A stretch of DNA of 64,000 nucleotides, taken from NCBI GenBank assembly GCA_017517685.1, contig JAFWYK010000010.1, forward strand, positions 130,499 to 194,498, read 5' to 3'. The notes below the pieces were generated by a model. The model did no database searches and was not told the origin of the DNA. It saw only the letters and a list, made by a program, of their open reading frames with translations. This document shows, piece after piece, positions 56,688-64,000 of this stretch (the stretch's first letter is position 1; the number at the start of each line of letters is the position of its first letter). A program made the translations under genes and the position numbers. This DNA comes from Clostridia bacterium. GTDB taxonomy: Bacteria > Bacillota > Clostridia > TANB77 > CAG-508.

Positions 56688-58430
56688 ATGAAAGAAAGAA
56701 TTTATAAAGGATGTAAAAGAGAAGTACCTGCAAAAAAATTCAATAATTTAAAAGAAATCCTTGCAAATTGTAAAGAAGAATTTGGAGATAAAGCTGTATA
56801 TAAATTCAGAAATCCAGAAACAAAAGAACATTATACAATGAGTTATTCTGAACTATATGATGATGTTAATGCTTTGGGAACAGCTTTAATTAGTATAGGT
56901 CTTAAAGATAAAAGAATAGGTGTTATTGGAGAAAATAGATACGAATGGCAAGAAGCATATTTAGCAACAACTTGTGGAACTGGTATCGTAGTTCCTTTAG
57001 ATAAAGCTTTAACAGAAAATGAATTATTAAGTTTAATTGAAAGATCTGAAATAGAAGCTGTATTCTATTCATCAAAATATGATGAAATGATGCAAAGAGC
57101 TAGAACTGAAAATATAGGAAATGTTAAGTTCTTTATTTCAATGGATTTAGAAGAGAAAACAGATGATGTTTATTCTCAAAAAGAATTAACTAAACTTGGT
57201 AAAGACTTAATAAAAAATGGTGCTAGAAGTTTCTTTGATGCTGAAATAAACAATGATGCTATGGCAATTATGTTATTTACTTCAGGAACAACATCTCAAT
57301 CAAAAGCAGTAATGCTTTCAAATACAAATATATGTACAAATATATATGATATTTCATCAGTATTTGACCTTAATAAAGATGATACATTACTTTCATTCTT
57401 ACCACTTCATCATGTGTTTGAATGTACAGTTGGATTTTTATATGCAATAAGTAGAGGGGCAACTATAGTATTTTGTGAAGGAATTAGACATATTGCAGAT
57501 AATTTAAAAGAATTTGAAGTAACAGTTATGATTGCAGTTCCAGTATTATTTGAAAATATGTACAAAAAAGTAATGCAAGGAATTGATAAAAAAGGTAAAA
57601 CAAAAACTGTAAAATTTGGTATTAAACTTTGCAAATTCTTAAAACTTTTTGGTATAGATTATAGAAGAAAAATATTTAAAGATATTCATGCAAATTTTGG
57701 TGGAAAATTAAGATTATTAGTTGGTGGTGGAGCTGCATTAGATCCAGAAACAGAAAAAGGATTTACAGATTTAGGTGTAGATACATATCAAGGATATGGA
57801 TTATCAGAAACAGCACCAGTTGTTGCTGCTGAAAACCCATTTAATCATAGACTTGGATCAATTGGAAAAACATTCCCAAGTATAGAAACAAAGATTGTTG
57901 AACCAAATGAATTAGGAATAGGTGAACTTGCAGTTAAAGGTCCAACAGTTATGCTTGGTTATTATGGAAATGAAGAAGCAACAAAAGAGTGTATGATAGA
58001 TGGATGGTTCCACACAGGAGATTTAGCTTATATTGATAAAGATGGATTTATATTTATAACAGGAAGAAAGAAAAGTGTTATCGTATTAAAAAATGGTAAA
58101 AATGTATTCCCAGAAGAAACAGAAACATTAATTAATAAAATTCCAGGTGTAAAAGAATCATTTGTGTTTGGAAAACCAGATGAAGAAGATCAAAATGATT
58201 TGAAAATGTGTGTAGAAGTTGTTTATGATAAAGATGTTATGAAATCTGAATATAATGTAGAAACAGAAGAAGATATTCATGCAAAATTATGGGAAAAAAT
58301 TAAAGAAATGAACAAAACAATGCCAAAATATAAATACGTAAAAGAATTGATTATAACAGAAGAACCATTGATTAAAACAACAACATTAAAGATAAAAAGA
58401 CATGAAGAAATTAAAAAAGTATTAAAATAA
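56688..58430 (+). CDS. AMP-dependent synthetase/ligase (long-chain acyl-CoA synthetase-like)
   Basis: AMP-binding motif LFTSGTTSQSKAVMLS, GYGLSET, and the TGDL...D.DG...I.GR.K pattern. Confidence 0.85.
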   Translation: MKERIYKGCKREVPAKKFNNLKEILANCKEEFGDKAVYKFRNPETKEHYTMSYSELYDDVNALGTALISIGLKDKRIGVIGENRYEWQEAYLATTCGTGIVVPLDKALTENELLSLIERSEIEAVFYSSKYDEMMQRARTENIGNVKFFISMDLEEKTDDVYSQKELTKLGKDLIKNGARSFFDAEINNDAMAIMLFTSGTTSQSKAVMLSNTNICTNIYDISSVFDLNKDDTLLSFLPLHHVFECTVGFLYAISRGATIVFCEGIRHIADNLKEFEVTVMIAVPVLFENMYKKVMQGIDKKGKTKTVKFGIKLCKFLKLFGIDYRRKIFKDIHANFGGKLRLLVGGGAALDPETEKGFTDLGVDTYQGYGLSETAPVVAAENPFNHRLGSIGKTFPSIETKIVEPNELGIGELAVKGPTVMLGYYGNEEATKECMIDGWFHTGDLAYIDKDGFIFITGRKKSVIVLKNGKNVFPEETETLINKIPGVKESFVFGKPDEEDQNDLKMCVEVVYDKDVMKSEYNVETEEDIHAKLWEKIKEMNKTMPKYKYVKELIITEEPLIKTTTLKIKRHEEIKKVLK

Positions 58431-58640
58431 TTTTTTAAGAGTAGGCTATAAGCTTACTCTTTTTTTATATATTTAACATAAAAATAATTATAAAAATTAT
58501 AAAATGGAAAAAACATGAACTGTTACGGAAATACGAAAAATGTAACACAAATGTAATCAAAAATCTCTTGTTTTTTTAAATAAAAGTCGATATAATATCA
58601 GTAGTATTTAATTAGATTGATACGAAGGAGGTAGTTTACA

Positions 58641-59645
58641 ATGTCATTTTTCGGTAAATCAGGCATAGTAAACGTGAAAATGGTAATCACGGAAGAAAAA
58701 ATTTTATCAAATATAGATAAAGTTCAAAAATTAATTAATCCAAATAGTAAAAAACAAATAGTACAATTAGAGGATGATTCTTATTTTAAAGATTTAGTAG
58801 AATCAATTAAAACATATTTAATTGAATATCCAAAGAAAAAGAATTTTCCATCTAGTGTTTATAAAGCTGCTTATGATTTAGTTGAGTATGCTACAAATCA
58901 ATTTGAGGAAAATACAAAAAAAGTTGAAGATTTAATTAGACAAAGAGAAAAAAATATTAAACTTGCAACTGTATTAAGAGATGCTACAACAGCAGTAAAA
59001 GCAAAAGCTAAAAACTGGAAAGAAATAGTTAAAAAGTTAGAAGCTAAATATCCAGCTGATGTTGCTGAAGCTTTAACAATTATTGGTAAAGCAAAAGATA
59101 AAGCATCAGAAGAATACAATGGAGCAGTTAAATTAATAGATGCTAAAATTAATAATTTAGAGTCAAACTTACATATTGAAATAGATATGGAAAGAATTGA
59201 AGATAAATCAAAAGCATTAAGCTATATTGGAATAGAAATTGCAGAAGCTTTAAAATATATACCAGCACCAGTTGATGAAGTTCTTGGTGGAACAGAAGTT
59301 GGTGGAGGAGTTGAAGAAGCTACAGTTACACCAGCTGCAGTTGTTGAAACAAAAGTTGAACCAGTTGCTGTTGCAGCTCCTGAAACAGGATCTGAAGAAG
59401 TTGGAACTACAGAAGGAACAACAGTTGGCGGTGGAGTTGAAGAAACAGCTGGAACACCAGTTGTTGAAGCTACTACAACAGAATCTGAAATGGATACATA
59501 CTTTGAAGAAACAAGATTTGAAGCAAAACCTTCATTATGGCAAAGAATTAAAAATAGTAAATTCGTTAGAACAATTAGATATATTATGCAAATTAGAGTT
59601 GTTCTTGATTACCCAGCTTTACCAGAAGGAAGAGAAGATTTCTAG
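58641..59645 (+). CDS. Hypothetical protein with a V/E/T/G-rich repetitive linker
   Basis: SD GGAGG. Helical N-half. Repeated GGGVEE(A/T) motifs at about 59290..59460. Confidence 0.65.
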   Translation: MSFFGKSGIVNVKMVITEEKILSNIDKVQKLINPNSKKQIVQLEDDSYFKDLVESIKTYLIEYPKKKNFPSSVYKAAYDLVEYATNQFEENTKKVEDLIRQREKNIKLATVLRDATTAVKAKAKNWKEIVKKLEAKYPADVAEALTIIGKAKDKASEEYNGAVKLIDAKINNLESNLHIEIDMERIEDKSKALSYIGIEIAEALKYIPAPVDEVLGGTEVGGGVEEATVTPAAVVETKVEPVAVAAPETGSEEVGTTEGTTVGGGVEETAGTPVVEATTTESEMDTYFEETRFEAKPSLWQRIKNSKFVRTIRYIMQIRVVLDYPALPEGREDF

Positions 59646-59722
59646 TAAAAAATATATAAAGCAAGAGTTTAAAGCTCTTGCTTTTTTTGTGTTAAAAAAT
59701 TTTTTTATTAAGTAATATATTA

Positions 59723-59784
59723 TTGACAGTGTTTTAAAATAGCAATATAATACAAACATATGAACAGATATTCACATGTTCATA
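59723..59784 (+). promoter_or_regulatory. arsR/cadA promoter and operator
   Basis: Perfect TTGACA-17-TATAAT (59723..59751), followed by the inverted repeat TATGAACA-N10-TGTTCATA (59759..59784). This is typical of the ArsR/SmtB (CadC-type) operator arrangement. Confidence 0.6.
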
Positions 59785-59796
59785 CAAGGAGGTCAT

Positions 59797-60153
59797 ATGG
59801 AAACATTTATAAAATGTGATGAAGAAGTTTCAAATATTGAACTTGTAAATAAAGTTAAGAATAATCTATTATCAGATGAAGAGATATTTGATTTGGCAGA
59901 GTTGTTTAAGGTATTTGGTGATTCAACAAGAATGAAGATAATAAATGCTTTAATGAAACAAGATTTATGTGTATGTGATATTGCATTAATAACTAATTCT
60001 ACACCATCAGCAATTTCTCATCAATTAAGGGTTTTAAAACAAGCTAAACTTGTTAAATATAGAAAAGAAGGAAAATCTGTAATATATTCATTAGATGATG
60101 AACATGTTAAAGAAATATTTGAGAAAGGTCGTGAACACATTGAAGAAATATGA
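59797..60153 (+). CDS. ArsR/SmtB-family metalloregulator (CadC-like)
   Basis: ELFKVFGDSTRMKIINAL....LCVCD......S.SAISHQLRVLK. Start placed at ATG 59797 behind AAGGAGG. Confidence 0.88.
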   Translation: METFIKCDEEVSNIELVNKVKNNLLSDEEIFDLAELFKVFGDSTRMKIINALMKQDLCVCDIALITNSTPSAISHQLRVLKQAKLVKYRKEGKSVIYSLDDEHVKEIFEKGREHIEEI

Positions 60154-62332
60154 GTTTATTTTAGAAGGATTAGATTGTGCAAACTGTGCTAATAAAATTC
60201 AATATAAGTTTACTGAAAACATTAATTATTATAATGTAGTGGTAAATTTTAATACACTTAAATTATCATTTGAAACAGAAGATGATTTTGAAGTAGATTT
60301 AGATGAAGTATCAAGAGTTGTAAAATCATTAGAACCAGATGTAATTGTTCATTATATAGATGAACATTACAAAGAAGTTGTTACACATGATGACGAGAAT
60401 GAACATGTACATGATGAACATTGTGAACACGAACATGAAATGCATCATGAGCATGAAGATGATAAAGAAGAACATAATCATGATGTAGAAAACAAGACCT
60501 CAAAAACTAAAAAGAAAAATAATAATTTATTAAGAATATTGTGTGGATTAATAGTAATGTTAACAATTGCACTTGTTGATATGCCAGAAGAATATTCGTT
60601 AGTTCTTTCAATAGTTGCTTATATAATTTTATTATTTAGAACAACAAAAAATGCAATTAAGCTTTTAAAATCAAAAGTAATAGAAGAAAATTTCTTAATA
60701 ACAGTATCTTGTATAGGAGCTTTTATAATAGGAGAAAGATTTGAAGGATTAATGGTTATCTTTCTTTATGAAATAGGAAAATATTTAGAAGATAAAGCTG
60801 TTAATAATACAAGAAAATCAATAGCAGAATTAATGGATATAAGACCAGAATATGCAAATTTATTACATAAAAATCATGAACATAAAGTTGATCCTAGCCA
60901 AGTAAATATAGGAGATATAATAGTAGTTAAGCAAGGAGAAAAAATACCTTTAGATGGTATTGTAGTAGAAGGGGAAGCCAGTTTAAATACAGCAAGTTTA
61001 ACTGGAGAATCTAAACCTGTTGATGTGAAGATAGAAGATAGAGTATTATCTGGAAGTATAAACGTAAATGGTCTTATAAATGTAAGAGTTACAGAAAAAT
61101 ATGAAGATAGTACAGTAGCAAAAATATTACATTTAGTTGAAAATGCAACAGATAAAAAAGCTAAAACGGAAACGTTTGTAAATAGAGCATCTAGAATTTA
61201 TACACCAGTTGTATTAATATTAGCATTACTTGTGGCAATTGGTCTTCCAGTAGCTCTTGATATTACATATACAGAGAGTATATATAGAGCACTTATATTT
61301 TTAGTTGTTTCTTGCCCTTGCGCGATAGTTATTTCAGTTCCGCTTAGCTATTTTTCTGGAATTGGTAAAGCGTCTAAAAAAGGTATATTAATTAAAGGAA
61401 GTAATTATATAGATGCTGTAAGAGATATTAAATATATTGCGTTTGATAAAACAGGAACATTAACCAAAGGAAAGTTTGAAGTTGAAAAAGTAAAAGTATA
61501 TGATAAAGACTTTTCAGAAGATGAAGTGCTAGAATATGCAGCCTATGGTGAAAGTTTTTCTAATCATCCATTAGCAATAGCTATTTTGGATGAATATAGT
61601 AAAACTATAAACAAAGATAGAATATCAGGTTATAAAGAAGTTGCAGGTAATGGTATTACATATAAATATGATAATAAAAAGGTTAAAATAGGAAATGCAG
61701 AATTTACAGGTGCTAAAGAAGAAAAAACAAATGGTACTTGTATATATATTAAATTAGACGATATTGTAATTGGCTCTATTATATTAAGTGATACAATTAA
61801 AGAAGAATCGAAATCTGCAATCACAGCCTTAAATAAACTTGGAATAAAAACAATGATGTTTACTGGCGATAATGTAGAAGTAGCAAAAACAGTAGCAAGT
61901 ATTATTGGTATAAAAGAAGTAAAAGCAGAAATGCTTCCAAATGATAAATATAATGAAATTGAAAAATTAATAAAGAATAAAACAAAAGGAAATGTTGCAT
62001 TTGTAGGTGACGGAATTAATGATGCACCAGTTTTAGCTTTAGCTGATGTTGGTATAGCAATGGGAGGAATAGGAGCAAGTTCTGCAATTGAGGCATCAGA
62101 TGTCGTTATTATGACAGATAACTTAAATAAAGTTGCAGAGACAATAAAACTTTCAAAATTTGTAACAAGAGTAATAAAACAAAATTTAATGTTTGCATTT
62201 TTAGTAAAATTAATTGTTTTAGAACTTAGTGTTTTTGGATTAGCACAAATGTGGATGGCTATATTTGCAGATGTTGGTGTTACATTATTAACAATATTAA
62301 ATACAATGAGAATTTTATGGAAAAGAAAATAG
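60095..62332 (+). CDS. Heavy-metal (Cd/Zn/Co-type) P1B-ATPase
   Basis: HMA-like CANC motif, His/Asp/Glu-rich tract, CPC in TM6, DKTGT, GDGINDAP. The exact start is uncertain, as the ORF overlaps the arsR end by 59 nt. Confidence 0.9.
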   Translation: MMNMLKKYLRKVVNTLKKYEFILEGLDCANCANKIQYKFTENINYYNVVVNFNTLKLSFETEDDFEVDLDEVSRVVKSLEPDVIVHYIDEHYKEVVTHDDENEHVHDEHCEHEHEMHHEHEDDKEEHNHDVENKTSKTKKKNNNLLRILCGLIVMLTIALVDMPEEYSLVLSIVAYIILLFRTTKNAIKLLKSKVIEENFLITVSCIGAFIIGERFEGLMVIFLYEIGKYLEDKAVNNTRKSIAELMDIRPEYANLLHKNHEHKVDPSQVNIGDIIVVKQGEKIPLDGIVVEGEASLNTASLTGESKPVDVKIEDRVLSGSINVNGLINVRVTEKYEDSTVAKILHLVENATDKKAKTETFVNRASRIYTPVVLILALLVAIGLPVALDITYTESIYRALIFLVVSCPCAIVISVPLSYFSGIGKASKKGILIKGSNYIDAVRDIKYIAFDKTGTLTKGKFEVEKVKVYDKDFSEDEVLEYAAYGESFSNHPLAIAILDEYSKTINKDRISGYKEVAGNGITYKYDNKKVKIGNAEFTGAKEEKTNGTCIYIKLDDIVIGSIILSDTIKEESKSAITALNKLGIKTMMFTGDNVEVAKTVASIIGIKEVKAEMLPNDKYNEIEKLIKNKTKGNVAFVGDGINDAPVLALADVGIAMGGIGASSAIEASDVVIMTDNLNKVAETIKLSKFVTRVIKQNLMFAFLVKLIVLELSVFGLAQMWMAIFADVGVTLLTILNTMRILWKRK

Positions 62333-62342
62333 TATAAAAAAC

Positions 62343-62373
62343 AAAAGCTCGTAGCGCATGCTACGAGCTTTTT
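62343..62373. terminator. GC-rich bidirectional terminator between the P-type ATPase and cassette E
   Basis: AGCTCGTAGC/GCTACGAGCT stem with loop GCAT, flanked by AAAA and TTTTT. Confidence 0.8.
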
Positions 62374-62383
62374 GCTTGCCCCT

Positions 62384-62920
62384 TTAGAGGATAAAGAAAA
62401 ATTCTTTGGGGCAGGGTAATGACTTTCGTTCGGCGTACTTTTCGAGAATAACGTTGAGTTCTTCGCAAGTTACGTCATCTGAAATCCAGGCAAGAACAGG
62501 ATTGTTCTTCTTGACTTTGCTTTTTGCGGGATTGTCGCTGTTGATGTGTTTGTCGGCAATCACGAGGGCATAGCGTCCATAGTTGATGATGGTTGCAATG
62601 TTGCGGATGATATCATCCTTTACCAGCTGATCATATTTTTCATAAAAAGCAGCTTGTGTAGGCATACATTTATCATCACCGATATAGGACAAGGCCCATG
62701 CGATTTTTGCACCCCGTGTGGTAGGTAGTTCAGCGCGGCTTAAAAGAGGCGGCTTTTTCTGGCCTTGAGGCACGATGTAAAAAGCTTGGCCTAACTTGGC
62801 AGGCTGAGACAGTACCATTTCGCCACAGAGTTTAGTTTGTAGGAACCGTCCGTCGAATTTGCATTCGATGAACTCATTGATTGAGAAGTCTTGCGGCGTT
62901 TTCGTGATGAAAATCAGCAA
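62384..62920 (-). CDS. Hypothetical 178-aa protein, compositionally foreign (cassette E)
   Basis: 43-50% GC in sampled lines. TTG start 8 nt after GGGAAAGG, with an in-frame TAG six codons upstream. I recognise no motif. Confidence 0.7.
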   Translation of the reverse strand: MLIFITKTPQDFSINEFIECKFDGRFLQTKLCGEMVLSQPAKLGQAFYIVPQGQKKPPLLSRAELPTTRGAKIAWALSYIGDDKCMPTQAAFYEKYDQLVKDDIIRNIATIINYGRYALVIADKHINSDNPAKSKVKKNNPVLAWISDDVTCEELNVILEKYAERKSLPCPKEFFFIL

Positions 62921-63055
62921 TGTCTTTACCTTTCCCTACGGTATAGAAGTCTATACTTTCGTTCCCAGAAATAAATTATTTGTTTGTAAAGTCTGGGCTG
63001 CTTTGGTCTATGTCGAGTTTGACTGTTACCGTTAACAAAAAAAGTTAACGGGATA

Positions 63056-63084
63056 ATTATAACATAATTTACATAAAATGTCAA
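63056..63084 (-). promoter_or_regulatory. Sigma-A-type promoter of cassette E
   Basis: Minus strand perfect TTGACA, 17 nt, TATAAT. The roughly 130-nt GC-rich leader contains the hairpin CCGTTAAC-T7-GTTAACGG (63029..63051). Confidence 0.65.
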
Positions 63085-63090
63085 AAAACA

Positions 63091-63119
63091 TTGATTTTTA
63101 AGACAAAATACAGTATAAT
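63091..63119 (+). promoter_or_regulatory. trpS promoter
   Basis: TTGATT, 17 nt, TATAAT. It sits back to back with the cassette E promoter, with 6 bp between the two -35 boxes. Confidence 0.6.
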
Positions 63120-63155
63120 ATAGAATGTACTTTTAAGATAAAGAGGTAAAAAGAA

Positions 63156-64000
63156 ATGGGAAATAAAAAAAGAATTTTAACAGGTGATAGACCTACAGGA
63201 AGATTACATATTGGACATTATTTTGGTTCTTTGAAAAAAAGAGTTGAAATGCAAAATTCAGGTGAATATGAACCTTATATACTAATTGCGGATGTTCAAG
63301 CATTAACAGATAATTTTAATAATCCAGAAAAAGTTAGAAAAAATGTTAGAGAAGTTGCAATGGATTATTTATCAGTTGGTATTGATCCTGAAAAATCAAC
63401 AATATATATTCAATCAATGATACCAGAAACAGCTGAACTTACAGTATTTTATTCAAACCTAGTTACAATAGCTAGACTTCAAAGAAACCCAACTGTAAAA
63501 ACAGAAATAGCTCAAAAAAGAGATTTATTTGGAGAAAGTGTAACATATGGTTTCTTAGGATATCCAGTAAGTCAAGCTGCTGATATTACAGCTTTTGAAG
63601 GTGAACTTGTACCAGTAGGTGAAGATCAAGCACCTTTAATAGAACAATGTAAAGAAATAGTTAGAAAATTTAATAGCATATATGGAGAAAATATCTTAAA
63701 AGAACCTGAGATTGTTTTATCAGAAGGTAAAAGAATAAAAGGTTTAGATGGAAACGAAAAGATGGGTAAATCACTTGGTAATGCAATTTACTTATCTGAT
63801 TCAGAAGAAGAAATAACTAAAAAAGTAATGTCTGCTGTGACAGATCCAAATAGAATAAAAAAAGATGATTTAGGTAATCCAGATGTATGTATGGTTGCTT
63901 ATTATCATAATTTATTCTCAAGTAAAGATTCTTGCGAAAAAGCTTGCAATGAATGTAAAGCTGGAGCAAGAGGATGTGTTGCTTGTAAAAGAGAACTTGC
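63156..64000 (+). CDS. trpS: Tryptophan--tRNA ligase, 3' end outside the window
   Basis: Not in the ORF track because there is no stop in the window. My translation gives MGNKKRILTGDRPTGRLHIGHYFG (HIGH motif), GEDQ and KMGKSLGNAI (KMSKS motif). SD AAGAGG. Confidence 0.85.
   Translation, partial: MGNKKRILTGDRPTGRLHIGHYFGSLKKRVEMQNSGEYEPYILIADVQALTDNFNNPEKVRKNVREVAMDYLSVGIDPEKSTIYIQSMIPETAELTVFYSNLVTIARLQRNPTVKTEIAQKRDLFGESVTYGFLGYPVSQAADITAFEGELVPVGEDQAPLIEQCKEIVRKFNSIYGENILKEPEIVLSEGKRIKGLDGNEKMGKSLGNAIYLSDSEEEITKKVMSAVTDPNRIKKDDLGNPDVCMVAYYHNLFSSKDSCEKACNECKAGARGCVACKREL

Noticed and set aside
59272-59715. 147-aa alternative-frame ORF (L/Q/K-rich) within the 58641..59645 gene.
   Set aside because: It arises from the repetitive GTTGAAGAA-type linker sequence, has no SD, and reads through the terminator region. 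The main frame has GGAGG and a sensible domain layout.
1-64000. CRISPR arrays, rRNA genes, IS transposases and prophage structural modules.
   Set aside because: I saw no regularly spaced direct repeats of 24-40 bp, no rRNA-like GC-rich conserved blocks, and no DDE/HUH transposase or capsid/terminase-like translations in the ORF track.

Overview
AT-rich chromosomal segment, about 27-32% GC from hand counts of sample lines. It looks like a low-GC Gram-positive, Clostridia-like anaerobe (spoVT, sortase, LtaS-type enzyme, T-box leader, nrdDG, desulfoferrodoxin). Most of the window is housekeeping: pyrBI, a short alaS, glyQS, carAB, rpsB-tsf, trpS, cell-wall enzymes, metal and ABC transporters, and small regulators with recognisable operators. 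Two things stand out. (1) Four strongly GC-elevated (about 43-50%) and two mildly elevated single-gene cassettes (4815-6650, 11002-11547, 38986-39600, 62384-62920; milder 40270-40632 and 33856-34389) sit in intergenic gaps between core genes. Each has a strong SD, five have a near-consensus sigma-A-type promoter with a 17-nt spacer, and most have their own terminator. None has an integrase, a transposase or terminal repeats that I could find. All encode proteins I cannot place, and this is my best candidate for something undescribed. (2) tRNA-Leu(UAA) is followed by three tandem integrative islets (20420-31932). Each ends in a 12-13 bp copy of the tRNA 3' end plus its own terminator. They carry a frameshifted tyrosine integrase, a GIY-YIG plus NERD/HRDC nuclease gene pair, a BlaI/BlaR1(M56)-M23 module, paralogous membrane-anchored proteins and iteron-like repeats. 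Other points: a dense DnaA-box cluster with no dnaA nearby, paired palindromes between nrdD and a Crp/Fnr gene, an AgrC-like kinase split in an A6 run, and promoter-sORF-terminator modules ahead of carAB and pyrBI. I found no rRNA, CRISPR array or transposase. All calls come from reading the sequence and ORF translations; no database search was possible.
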